Below, one piece after another: positions 1 through 8,657 of a DNA stretch of 30,995 nt. The number at the start of each line of letters is the position of its first letter. The stretch's first letter is position 1. The notes below the pieces were generated by a model. That model had not been told where the DNA came from, did no database searches, and saw only the letters and a program-made list of their open reading frames with translations. The DNA comes from a virus (Duplodnaviria > Caudoviricetes), in the IMG/VR virus record IMGVR_UViG_3300037478_000316, positions 1 through 30,995 of that record; one strand, given 5' to 3'. The position numbers and the translations under genes are program-made.

Positions 1-1016
1 TCGGTGGGCGACTTCGTGTGCATGTCGTCGGTGCGGCCGAGGATCTCGACGGCGTCGGCGATGAGTCCCATCCGCTTGGCGATCGCCGAGTCGAGGGACT
101 TCTCTTCGTCCGGATCGGCCTCATCCTCCTCGGGCTTGGGCGGCGCGGCAGCGGGAGCAGGCCCGGGCTGCTGAACCGTCACCTCCGGCTCGGGCTGAGC
201 GTCAGGAGCGACGACGGGCTTGGTCTCAGCCCCCGGAAGGGGAGCTCCTGGAGGCTCGACGAACGCCCCAGCTTCGATGCCCTTCAGCTTCTCCCACGCG
301 GCGGCGAGCCACGTCGGCACGGTCACCGGCTCACCGAGCGGACCCATGATCTCAGTCTCTTCGACGGGCATACCGGTGTCGGTCTTCGCGGGCTTGCCCT
401 GCGGTTTCTTGGTCTGCTGTCCCATGAGCACCTCCGTGGTGCACGCGGCACCGTCGAGTAGTACGCGGCACTCAGGCCCGGCTCGACCCTCGTCGACTGC
501 GGACACGTGATTACCGTAGAGATCGGTCTGCACCTTGGTGTAGGGCGTCCCGTCGGGAGCCACGCCGACGCTGTCGATCACCGTCGCGGTGAACCCGATC
601 GACAGCTCGACCTTGCCGCCTTCGATGGCCTCGATCAGATCGGCATCCTGCACGAGCAGGTTGGCCGCCATGTACTGGATCCCCGTCGGACCGGTGTGCA
701 TCGCGACAGAGTCTCCGATCGTCCCGCACGCGTGGTCGCGCCACGTGGACGCGTCGAGCATCACGGGCGGATGGTCATTCGTGACGGGCTTGCCGGCGAA
801 CGTAGGCGCACCACGCTTCAGCTCGGCGCTCGGTCGGTACTCGTTCCAGGCGGTCTTGCCGTCGGAGTATTCGAGGCAGCCGTCACGAGCGAGAAGCCCA
901 CGAACCTGAAGGTAGCCCTCTGGCGTACGCTTCGCGGTGGCAGGCTGCGCGGCGCTGGGAGGGGCGTCGGTGAGGACGATCCGGCCGATGCGGTCGCGTC
1001 GCTCGAGGCGCAGCAT
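1..1016 (-). CDS. DUF2213-family phage head protein (putative prohead protease/scaffold), 3' end outside the window
   Basis: Absent from the ORF track because it runs off the left edge. Manual translation from ATG 1016 (TGATG overlap with the upstream gene): MLRLERRDRIG...KRTPEGYLQVRGLLARDGCLEYSDG...EYRPSAELKRGAPTFAGKPVTNDHPP. The TPEGYL, YRP and F.GKPVT.DHP motifs are typical of DUF2213. Confidence 0.85.
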   Translation of the reverse strand, partial: MLRLERRDRIGRIVLTDAPPSAAQPATAKRTPEGYLQVRGLLARDGCLEYSDGKTAWNEYRPSAELKRGAPTFAGKPVTNDHPPVMLDASTWRDHACGTIGDSVAMHTGPTGIQYMAANLLVQDADLIEAIEGGKVELSIGFTATVIDSVGVAPDGTPYTKVQTDLYGNHVSAVDEGRAGPECRVLLDGAACTTEVLMGQQTKKPQGKPAKTDTGMPVEETEIMGPLGEPVTVPTWLAAAWEKLKGIEAGAFVEPPGAPLPGAETKPVVAPDAQPEPEVTVQQPGPAPAAAPPKPEEDEADPDEEKSLDSAIAKRMGLIADAVEILGRTDDMHTKSPT

Positions 1017-1228
1017 CAGCGCCCTGGCCTCCAGCGAAGGGATTCTTTGACGGACTCCGAAGCGTCCTGCTTGGCGAGCACCAGGCGGGCTCGGCGACCT
1101 GTGTCGCCATAGATCGTCTGGTACCACCACGAGCCGGTCTCCGCGCCGCGCTCGACGATCGCGAGGACTTCGCCATCCGAGGTCAGGTGGTACAGCCCGG
1201 GGCGGATCCGCTTCCACTTCGCGGTCAT
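1016..1228 (-). CDS. hypothetical phage protein, 70 aa
   Basis: Start and stop overlap both neighbours in a translationally coupled chain. Confidence 0.65.
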   Translation of the reverse strand: MTAKWKRIRPGLYHLTSDGEVLAIVERGAETGSWWYQTIYGDTGRRARLVLAKQDASESVKESLRWRPGR

Positions 1229-1410
1229 CCGAACCTCGCCTTCCGGCCCGGCTTGGCGTCCGTCAAGCGGTGCTTGGGCACAACGATCGGCTGAGTGTCG
1301 GCGTCAGGGTCGACGGCGTCGGGCGATGGCTCCGACGAGCACTCGAACTCGCCGGAGACGGCGTGGTGGTCCCGCGGCACGATGCGGCGGTCGGTCGGGG
1401 CCCGGCTCAC
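1225..1410 (-). CDS. hypothetical phage protein, 61 aa
   Basis: GTGA/ATGA overlaps with both neighbours. Confidence 0.55.
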   Translation of the reverse strand: MSRAPTDRRIVPRDHHAVSGEFECSSEPSPDAVDPDADTQPIVVPKHRLTDAKPGRKARFG

Positions 1411-1589
1411 TTCGAGTCCTCCGAGTCGCTGGGGCGCTTGACGGGCACGCCAACGGTGAGACCGAGGAGCGCCAGGACTTCGCCCGGTAGGTTCCAGACG
1501 AGCGCGAAGTTCGCCACGATGGCTGCCAGAGCCAGGGCTCCGATGACCCGCTCGACGATGCGAACGGCGAGGTGGGTCGATGCACTCAT
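1407..1589 (-). CDS. small membrane protein with two hydrophobic segments, possible holin
   Basis: From ATG 1589 (ATGA overlap): MSASTHLAVRIVERVIGALALAAIVANFALVWNLPGEVLALLGLTVGVPVKRPSDSEDSK; two hydrophobic segments and a charged tail. Holin role is inference. Confidence 0.55.
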   Translation of the reverse strand: MSASTHLAVRIVERVIGALALAAIVANFALVWNLPGEVLALLGLTVGVPVKRPSDSEDSK

Positions 1590-1936
1590 CGGACGCCTTT
1601 CGGTCGGCGCATTGCCGCGAACGCTTTGCTGTTCGAATACGCCATCAAGTCGGCGACTCGGTAGATCCTGGCGACCGAGTCGCGAAAACCCATCGTCTCC
1701 CACGCCAACTCGGCGTCAGGGACGTGCAGAAGCGTGTAGCTCGTCATGCCGAGGTACTCGGCAGCGGTCGAGAGCCTCACGAAGCACTGCACACCGAAGG
1801 CATCCAGAGCGTTCCTGTTGCGCTTCACGACCTTGCGCTGGCCTCGTCGGCGCTTCGGCTTCGGTCGAACCCCGACGATGTCGGAGACGTCGATGATGCC
1901 GGTGGCTCGGTACTGGTCGATGAGGCGAGTTGCCAT
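1586..1936 (-). CDS. Xis/HTH_17-like DNA-binding protein with a basic N-terminal tract
   Basis: VRLSTAAEYLGMTSYTLLHVPDAEL...RIYRVADLMAY fits an excisionase-like winged HTH; preceded by RPKPKRRRGQRK. First gene of the leftward run. Confidence 0.6.
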   Translation of the reverse strand: MATRLIDQYRATGIIDVSDIVGVRPKPKRRRGQRKVVKRNRNALDAFGVQCFVRLSTAAEYLGMTSYTLLHVPDAELAWETMGFRDSVARIYRVADLMAYSNSKAFAAMRRPKGVR

Positions 1937-2004
1937 GCGCAACTAGCTGTACTCGCCGATTCGACTGGCAACAAGGCGAGGCCGTTACTCGATTCCGGGT
2001 CCTG

Positions 2005-2305
2005 TGTAACAGGTTTTTGAAACACCGGACCGGCAGCTAGACCCCTCTAGCTAGCTCTATACTCAATATTGTTACAAAGTTACAGTGTTACAGGTTATAT
2101 GAACACCCCCTATGGGAGATGGAGTATTTGCGAGGTGAAGGTGTGCACTCCCCGCGTTCCATTTTTTATCCCCTTTTTCCTATAGTGCTTGGTTAGGTGG
2201 TGTAACAGCGAAACATGTAACACGCATTTAGCGCCGGACGATTTTCCAATTGATATCAACAGGTTTACATATACCCACAAAAACCGACACTGTAACCGCG
2301 TTACG
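2005..2305. repeat. GTTACA/TGTAAC iteron-like array, putative replication origin
   Basis: GTTACA at 2071, 2079, 2087 (8-bp period) plus GTTATA 2094; TGTAAC at 2005, 2201, 2216, 2291; GTTACG 2300. A T-rich spacer (attttttatccctttttcctatag, ~2161-2185) lies between the opposed sets in lower-GC non-coding DNA. Confidence 0.65.
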
Positions 2306-2326
2306 CGCTTTTTCGCTACTTGCGGT

Positions 2327-2357
2327 AGGAATGTGCGGTAAATAGCAGGAATGTGCG
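2327..2357. repeat. 11-bp direct repeat AGGAATGTGCG, 20-bp period
   Basis: Exact copies at 2327-2337 and 2347-2357. Confidence 0.6.
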
Positions 2358-2704
2358 AAGGGTTACCCACCTCCGAATAACTCCACCGAAGCTGTCAAAC
2401 GGAGAACCTACACGTGTCCAGCTTACGCGACGGGCTGCAAAACTAACGATATGCGCATGGTGCAAAGTGGTGCGAATAGCTGCCTAACCTACCGCGTTTT
2501 CGTGAGCTGGCGTGGAAGCTTCCAACTCGGAATGCCTACCAATCCTACCATCGCGATGGTCACGCACCGTCAAGCCGGTGTGTCGATTTTGCAAAAAACA
2601 GGGATGCCACACTGTGCGCTCATGTCACACCTATGTAAGGAAGGCTACATTAGGGCCGAAATCTTCGCTTGCCGTTGGGGTTGCATCGGTGACACATACA
2701 AGAT

Positions 2705-2989
2705 GTGGGGTGTGACGACGCGACACAGGGGAAGTCCCGGCGGGGTAGGCCTGACGTTTGGGAGGCAACGCTGCCGCCGCTCGACAGCTTTGCGCCCGAC
2801 GAAGCGCTCAGTATCGAGCGTGTGGCGCGGTACCTGGGCGTCAGCGCGTATCTCGTGGGCCGGATTCCGGTCGCCGAGCTTCCCCGTCTTCGAGTAGGTA
2901 AGCGGTTCACCTACACCGCGCATGACCTGCGTACATACGTTGCGCGAAGTCGAGAGTGCGGGACGAACGGGGCAATCGAATCGGCATGA
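2705..2989 (+). CDS. Xis/HTH_17-like DNA-binding protein (start uncertain)
   Basis: LSIERVARYLGVSAYLVGRIPVAELPRLRVGKRFTYTAHDLRTYV; stop overlaps the helicase ATG (ATGA). Confidence 0.7.
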   Translation: MGCDDATQGKSRRGRPDVWEATLPPLDSFAPDEALSIERVARYLGVSAYLVGRIPVAELPRLRVGKRFTYTAHDLRTYVARSRECGTNGAIESA

Positions 2990-5022
2990 CCGACTCCGAG
3001 AAGATCGACCCGGCCAATGCGCTGGGCTTCGATTCGTCGTTCGCGCCGACGCTTTCGAAGGAGCTCGGCCGACATGGTCCACAGCATGCGATGAGCCGTT
3101 CCATGCTCAGTGTGCTGGTCAATCTATACAGCAACGACAAGGAAGACTGGCTTCGATGCGCCGAGGTCTTGCGGCCATTGAAGGTGTTGCAGGAGGTCAA
3201 GAAGGAGGTTCGGAAGCTCGCAAAGCAAAGCGAGATGGACAGTGGAATCGTGCCCGCGTCGGAGGACTGCGTCGAGCTGGGACGCGTCGACCCGTCGTGC
3301 CCTGCTCCAGAGCTCGAGTTGCCCGCCGGCTACCGTGTGGACGACAGGGGCCGCCTCATGGCGTCGAAGACGAAGATGGTCGAAGGCATGCCCGTCGTCA
3401 CCGAAGACGTGATCGCACCTTGTCTGCTCGTCATCGCCCGACGCCTGTTCGACCTCGGCTCCGACGACATCAGCCTGGACATCGCATGGCCCGAGCTCGG
3501 CACCTGGCACACCCGCACGGTCTCCCGCGGCTCGGCCCTGGTAGCTCGGAAGCTCGGCGAGCTCGCAGCCGTTGGGGTACCCGTCACGAGCTCCACGGCG
3601 TCGAAGATCGTCGACTATCTGGCGCAGTTCGAGAGCCACAACCGCGGCAAGATCCCGACCGCCACAATGTCCCGCCGGCTCGGGTGGCACAGCCGAACGC
3701 CCGACCCAAGTGATGGCGCGTTCGTGCTCGGCTCGACCGCCCTGGGTGGCGGATCGGTCGCCGGTGACATCGTCCCGACTGGCCCGGCCGAGGAAGCCGC
3801 AGGGACGATCACGCACTGCGGGACGCTCGAGAAGTGGCAGGCGGCTGTCGCTCCGATGGCCTCGATTCCGAACGTACAGATCGCCCTATGCGCTGCGCTT
3901 GCTGCCCCTCTCGTCGCGGTCGTACAGCGAGGCTCGGCGATCATCGAGTGGGCGGCGTCAACATCCCGCGGCAAGACGACGCTTCTCAAGCTGGCCGAGT
4001 CCTGCTGGGGCGACCCGGACCAAGCTCTCCGCACATGGGACACCACCCAGGTGGCACTCGAGCGCGTCGTGGCTTCGCGTTGCGACCTCCCGCTGGTGCT
4101 CGACGACACCGCCACAGCCCCGCGCTACGGCGGCACCAGCATCGTCCAGCCGATGGCCTACCACTTGATCTCGGGCCGCTCGAAGTCCCGCGGCAAGCTC
4201 GACGGCGGCGTTGAGAAGGGCGTCACCTGGCGCACCGTCGTACTCACCACCGGCGAGAAGCCGATCGCGCATCACGGCAAGGCCGAAGGTGCGAGCGCCC
4301 GAGTTCTGAGCATCACCGCCGAACCCTTGGGCCAAGTCTCGAAGTCCATGGGCGAGAAGATCGAGCAGACCTCCAAAGCCTTGCGCGACCAGTACGGCAC
4401 GGCCGGCCCCGCGTTCCTCGCCTGGCTCACCGACAACCGTGACCAATGGACGAAGGTCCGGCAGGTCTACGACACGAACCGGGAGATGATCTCGAAGGTC
4501 GCCCCGTCGGGCGTCGGTGCTCGAGCTGGCCACGCCGTTGGACTGCTCGCCGCTGCCGCTTGGGTGGGCCGTCAATCGGGCGTGCTCCCGTGGGTGCCAG
4601 AGCATCTCTTGGGTGACGTCGAAATGATCAAGGTCTTCGGCCAGTCGCTCGAGGCCGCGCTGGAAGACTCCGACCGCACGCACGAGCTGGACGAAGTGCT
4701 GCACTCGACATGGCAGCAAAACCGGATCCGGTTCCACGGTCCGACGTCGACGATCAATCCACCGCAAGCGGGATGGATGGGGCAGTACGACGAGCGAAAA
4801 GGTTTGCTCAACTGGTATCCGGAGCCCTTCAAGCGACTCTGCAAGGAGTGCGGGTTGTCGCCAAAACAGGCGTGCACGATGCTGGCTGAGCGGGGTGTGT
4901 TGGTGTTTCAGAGCAAGCCAGGGTCGAGAGTCGTGCGGGTCGATGGTGGCACCGCACGGGTCTACTCGACTCGGATCAAGGTCGAGATCGACATGGTCGA
5001 TGACGAGGAAGAGAGGGAGTGA
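2986..5022 (+). CDS. DUF927-domain replicative helicase (Cch/SaPI-Rep-like)
   Basis: LPAGYRVDDRG, RRLGWH, Walker A STSRGKTTLL, Walker B LPLVLDD, YHLISGRSKSRG and WRTVVLTTGEKPI, QYGTAGPAFL are typical DUF927/Cch motifs. Confidence 0.88.
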   Translation: MTDSEKIDPANALGFDSSFAPTLSKELGRHGPQHAMSRSMLSVLVNLYSNDKEDWLRCAEVLRPLKVLQEVKKEVRKLAKQSEMDSGIVPASEDCVELGRVDPSCPAPELELPAGYRVDDRGRLMASKTKMVEGMPVVTEDVIAPCLLVIARRLFDLGSDDISLDIAWPELGTWHTRTVSRGSALVARKLGELAAVGVPVTSSTASKIVDYLAQFESHNRGKIPTATMSRRLGWHSRTPDPSDGAFVLGSTALGGGSVAGDIVPTGPAEEAAGTITHCGTLEKWQAAVAPMASIPNVQIALCAALAAPLVAVVQRGSAIIEWAASTSRGKTTLLKLAESCWGDPDQALRTWDTTQVALERVVASRCDLPLVLDDTATAPRYGGTSIVQPMAYHLISGRSKSRGKLDGGVEKGVTWRTVVLTTGEKPIAHHGKAEGASARVLSITAEPLGQVSKSMGEKIEQTSKALRDQYGTAGPAFLAWLTDNRDQWTKVRQVYDTNREMISKVAPSGVGARAGHAVGLLAAAAWVGRQSGVLPWVPEHLLGDVEMIKVFGQSLEAALEDSDRTHELDEVLHSTWQQNRIRFHGPTSTINPPQAGWMGQYDERKGLLNWYPEPFKRLCKECGLSPKQACTMLAERGVLVFQSKPGSRVVRVDGGTARVYSTRIKVEIDMVDDEEERE

Positions 5023-5228
5023 TGGGGGATCGAGTTGTGGACGTGGAAAACGGAACGAAGGCGCACAGGTTCGAGGACGACTCGGACTGCAAAACGTGCG
5101 GCGCGTACGGCCCGAACACCGAGCCGGGGGAAGCATGTCGAGAGCCCGAGCCCGGGGCACCCACCGAGGTCGTGGACGACGACGACACGACGTTGCCGAT
5201 CATCGAGCACGGGAGGCTCCGGCGATGA
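5019..5228 (+). CDS. hypothetical protein (CxxC)
   Basis: Coupled overlaps at both ends. Confidence 0.55.
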   Translation: MMGDRVVDVENGTKAHRFEDDSDCKTCGAYGPNTEPGEACREPEPGAPTEVVDDDDTTLPIIEHGRLRR

Positions 5229-5452
5229 CTCTCGACGAACTCGAAGAGGCGTGTGCGGAGGCCGAGGCCGACGGTTTCACCGATGTGCAACTGCACGTCC
5301 CCTGGATCGCAACCGGCCGAAACGTCCGACTCGCCGGGCGATGCGGTCCGATGTCGAACGAGTGCCACTACACCGGCCACGGCACCATGGGATTGTGGGA
5401 TATCGGCAAGGTCCGCCGGTTCATCAAACGAGCCCGAAAGGCCACGTCATGA
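5225..5452 (+). CDS. hypothetical protein
   Basis: ATG 5225 in an ATGA overlap; MTLDELEEACAEAEADG... Confidence 0.6.
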   Translation: MTLDELEEACAEAEADGFTDVQLHVPWIATGRNVRLAGRCGPMSNECHYTGHGTMGLWDIGKVRRFIKRARKATS

Positions 5453-5919
5453 ACCGCTCCAAGAAATGCAGCCGATGCGAGCGCGTCAAGTGGATCGGCA
5501 GCTTCTATCGGCGAGGCACCCGTCACACCACGATGTGCAAGCCCTGCCACGACGCGAGCCACTCTGATAAGCCCGGGTACAAAGCACCGCCGCCGCCCGA
5601 CGAAACGGCCAACAAAGCCGCGGAGGCTCGCATGGACGCATCGATCAAGGTCGCCGGTGCAACGAAGCAGGTGCGGATCTTGTTGGCGATCCACGAAGGT
5701 GCCCGCACGCCGTCGAAGCTGTGCTCGGTCATGCGCGACACGTCGAGAAGCATCAGCGCAAACCTTCAACACCTACGGACGAAGGGCTTTGCCGAGGTGG
5801 TCGACACCATCGGAGCACGTGCGACCAGTCTGTTTGCGCCAAGGCGGCAGCAGAGGACGAACGTGTGGGGGCTGACCAGATCGGGCCGGGAGGAGTTGGC
5901 ACGATGGATCGGAGAGTAA
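5449..5919 (+). CDS. Zn-finger plus winged-helix DNA-binding protein
   Basis: CSRC...CKPC N-terminus; QVRILLAIHEGARTPSKLCSVMRDTSRSISANLQHLRTKGFAEVV resembles a MarR/ArsR-type wHTH. Confidence 0.65.
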   Translation: MNRSKKCSRCERVKWIGSFYRRGTRHTTMCKPCHDASHSDKPGYKAPPPPDETANKAAEARMDASIKVAGATKQVRILLAIHEGARTPSKLCSVMRDTSRSISANLQHLRTKGFAEVVDTIGARATSLFAPRRQQRTNVWGLTRSGREELARWIGE

Positions 5920-5922
5920 GCC

Positions 5923-6270
5923 ATGCTCAAGCGGATCAGACTGGTCGTTCTGCACTACGACCAGATGCGCCCACGGACTCGGGAGGATTGCGCCGGAGTA
6001 CTGCGGCCGTGTCCCTACGTGACGTGCAGACACAACCTGTTCGTCGACGGCACGGAGGGCAAAGACGGCAGGTCATACCTGAAGAAAAGCTGCGCCGAGC
6101 CCGACCAGATGGACCCGAAGAGTTCGTGTGTGCTGGACGTCGTGGAGGACAACCCGGACGGGATGAGCCAAGGCGATGTTGCGCGAGCGATGGGGCTCAC
6201 GCAGCAACGCGTGGATCAGCTCGAACGATCGGCAAGCGAGAAGTTGAAGGGGTGGAGCGATCATGAGTGA
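5923..6270 (+). CDS. Cys-rich sigma-70 region-4-like HTH protein
   Basis: RPRTREDC...RPCPYVTCRHNL...SCVLDV, then GMSQGDVARAMGLTQQRVDQLERSASEKLK. Confidence 0.75.
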   Translation: MLKRIRLVVLHYDQMRPRTREDCAGVLRPCPYVTCRHNLFVDGTEGKDGRSYLKKSCAEPDQMDPKSSCVLDVVEDNPDGMSQGDVARAMGLTQQRVDQLERSASEKLKGWSDHE

Positions 6271-7120
6271 TGCAGAACGACAAGCGGCCAGGGCATTGAA
6301 GCACGCGGCGTGGGACTTCATCGACAGCAATGGGTCTCGACCATGGCTCGTCCAGTGCATGGCCAACATGCTCGAAGCGATGGGGATGCAGCACGCGGCG
6401 TTCTACGTGCGCGATGGGCTGCCGGTAAAGCCTAGGAGACCGGTCGAGGGTTGGTATCGGGTGCTGGTCAATGGATGCCGAAAGTTCCGCTATGTGTCCG
6501 CGAACGGGTTCGTATCCGTCGACAGCGATGTGATGTCCGGGATGTTGTGGACCGATGATGCATACGACTGGTCGACCGCCGAGCGGATGGTGTCGGCGGC
6601 ATCAAGCGTCGAGCTCGTCGGATGGGACGAGTGGGTAGACGAAGACCCCGAAGCCCGTCTCGCCGCCGAGGAAGCCGACGGTGCGCCACCGATGATGGGC
6701 GAGTTCGAGGACAGGAACATCCAAACGCGAGGTTGGGAATCCCACGAAGCCGGATGGCTGCATGTCAACTGGCTGAACATCACCACCGACCCCGCAGACG
6801 CGCCGCTGGATTGTCGTGGCGATGACGAGGGGCCGGAGATGATGTCGGACCACGGGGACGCGAACATCAAAAGCTATGGGTGGGAGGACTGCACAGCCGC
6901 GGGCATACACGCCAACTGGCTCAACATCACCACCGACCCGAGCGAAGCCCCGGACGACTGCGACCCGTGGGCGCTCCCGGACGGGTGGGACTGGGACTGG
7001 GACCGCTGTGGGTGGCACGCCATTGGCCCCGGCAACTGGTGCATCGTAGGGAACACGTTCCGGCTTGACGACCCCGTCGCCGAGTCCGTCCGCCAGCTCG
7101 TGATCGAGAGGAACCGATGA
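6263..7120 (+). CDS. acidic Trp-rich hypothetical protein with a 49-aa internal duplication
   Basis: Two copies of MM....D.NI...GWE....AG.H.NWLNITTDP..AP.DC. Confidence 0.75.
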   Translation: MSDAERQAARALKHAAWDFIDSNGSRPWLVQCMANMLEAMGMQHAAFYVRDGLPVKPRRPVEGWYRVLVNGCRKFRYVSANGFVSVDSDVMSGMLWTDDAYDWSTAERMVSAASSVELVGWDEWVDEDPEARLAAEEADGAPPMMGEFEDRNIQTRGWESHEAGWLHVNWLNITTDPADAPLDCRGDDEGPEMMSDHGDANIKSYGWEDCTAAGIHANWLNITTDPSEAPDDCDPWALPDGWDWDWDRCGWHAIGPGNWCIVGNTFRLDDPVAESVRQLVIERNR

Positions 7121-7842
7121 TCGTCGAGAAGGGCGAAGGTTGGCAACTGATCTGCGCCGACTGGCGTGATGCGGGCGATCTACCCGAGGTCGACGCAGTG
7201 ATCGAAGACCCGCCCTATGGAGCCCGCACGCACTCGGGCCAAGGACACAAGCGCACAGCCAACGCGGCCGGCATGCTCAGCGACAGCGGCGATCTCGGCT
7301 ACGCACACTGGATGCCCGAAGATGTCGACCGCGCATGCTCTGATGCCGACGCAGCATGCTGCGGATGGATCGTCGCAATGACATCGCACGACCTGATCCA
7401 CGCGTACGAGCAATCGCTTGGCGCCGTCAATCGCTACGTCTTCGCGCCTCTGGCTATCGTCATCCCGGGCATGAATGTTCGACTGCAAGGCGACGGCCCG
7501 AGCAACTGGACGATCCACATGATGGTGGCCCGACGTCGCGGCCAGAAGCACGCGATGGGCACGAAGCCGGGTGCGTACACCGGCCACACGTCGGATCCTT
7601 CGCTCGGCGTCTCGGGCTCCAAGCCTCTCTCGCTGATGGAAGCGATCATTCGCGACTACTCCGAACCCGGCGATCTGGTGCTCGACAGGTTCGCGGGAAG
7701 CGGCACCACCGGCGTCGCAGCGCTTCGGATGGGCCGGAGGTTCGTCGGATACGAGCGCAAGCCCGAGCACTTCGACATCGCCGTGCGTCGGCTCCAGGGT
7801 CGAGCGGCTCACGTTATGGGCCAGGAGGACTTGTTCGCGTGA
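7117..7842 (+). CDS. orphan DNA amino-methyltransferase (N6-A/N4-C, beta class)
   Basis: Catalytic DPPY precedes the SAM-binding LVLDRFAGSGTTG; also KPLSLME. Confidence 0.9.
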   Translation: MIVEKGEGWQLICADWRDAGDLPEVDAVIEDPPYGARTHSGQGHKRTANAAGMLSDSGDLGYAHWMPEDVDRACSDADAACCGWIVAMTSHDLIHAYEQSLGAVNRYVFAPLAIVIPGMNVRLQGDGPSNWTIHMMVARRRGQKHAMGTKPGAYTGHTSDPSLGVSGSKPLSLMEAIIRDYSEPGDLVLDRFAGSGTTGVAALRMGRRFVGYERKPEHFDIAVRRLQGRAAHVMGQEDLFA

Positions 7843-8036
7843 ACTGGCCAGCCGTATCCCGACCCGGCTTCACGGTCGACTGCTGTTCGCGCCAGCCGAA
7901 GAGCGTCTACCGCTGTCAGACTTGCGACGCCTGGCTGTGCTGCATACATCCGGGTCGGTGCCCAGTCTGCAAACGGGACGGCATCACGGAGCCCACCGCG
8001 GACACGAGGCGGGCGCTCGAGCGGGAGGGCTTGTGA
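7839..8036 (+). CDS. small Cys-rich Zn-finger protein
   Basis: GTG 7839 in a GTGA overlap; CC...CQTC...CCIH...CPVC. Confidence 0.5.
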   Translation: MNWPAVSRPGFTVDCCSRQPKSVYRCQTCDAWLCCIHPGRCPVCKRDGITEPTADTRRALEREGL

Positions 8037-8078
8037 CTTCCGCTGGACACCAGTCCCGCGCGGTCGTATCCCAGTGGC

Positions 8079-8639
8079 ATGCGACACCTGCTCCTGTGCT
8101 CGATTCTGACCGCCTGCGCACCAGCCCAGCCGGACACCGTCACGCCCGAACAAGCTCGACAGGAGAAGATCGACGCGCTCCAGGCGAGAGCATCGGAGTG
8201 CCCAGAGGGGAACGTGGAGGTGTGCCTTGGGTTGGCAGAGCTCGTGCGCGGGTCCGCAGAGTTCGCACGCGGAGATGCTCGGTACTGGGAGATCTACGAT
8301 GGTTTGGTCGCGAACGCTTGCCGCGCTGGCGATCAGTCGTCTTGCCGGGAGGTCGAAGCCAGGGCCCGGGAGGTCGAAGCTGCGGCAAAGCACGCGGAGT
8401 ACGAGGCTCGCATGTCGGATGTCACGCAGTCCGAGGTGGAGCAGGTCAAGCCGGGGATGACGCGCGAGGAAGTGGACGCGATCATCGGCCTCCCTGGGAA
8501 GCTCGAGACGCGCACGGTGACCTCCGACGGCGAGCGCAGTGCATACACCTGGTCGAACTCGACGGGGTCGGCGCTACGGGTGGTGTTCAAGGATGGCGTC
8601 GCATCGGAGATTGCTGTGCTGTCAGCGCTGGCCGAGTAG
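8079..8639 (+). CDS. lipoprotein with a C-terminal SmpA/BLIP-like domain
   Basis: Signal peptide and lipobox MRHLLLCSILTAC; VTQSEVEQVKPGMTREEVDAIIGLPG...YTWSN...VVFKDG. Confidence 0.7.
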   Translation: MRHLLLCSILTACAPAQPDTVTPEQARQEKIDALQARASECPEGNVEVCLGLAELVRGSAEFARGDARYWEIYDGLVANACRAGDQSSCREVEARAREVEAAAKHAEYEARMSDVTQSEVEQVKPGMTREEVDAIIGLPGKLETRTVTSDGERSAYTWSNSTGSALRVVFKDGVASEIAVLSALAE

Positions 8640-8657
8640 CGCCCGGAGCCAAACCGG

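Noticed and set aside
18-1112. Plus-strand ORFs 18..461 and 507..1112
   Set aside because: Antisense shadows of the DUF2213 gene.
2005-2360. CRISPR array
   Set aside because: Repeats are only 6-11 bp with irregular spacing; no cas genes.
2110-2897. ORFs 2110..2370 and 2451..2897
   Set aside because: They lie in the repeat-rich lower-GC control region with atypical composition and no motifs.
6690-6965. Diversity-generating retroelement TR/VR pair
   Set aside because: Both copies lie in frame in one gene, differences are not adenine-specific, and no reverse transcriptase is in the window.
7117-7842. Restriction-modification system
   Set aside because: No adjacent restriction endonuclease; orphan phage methylases are common.
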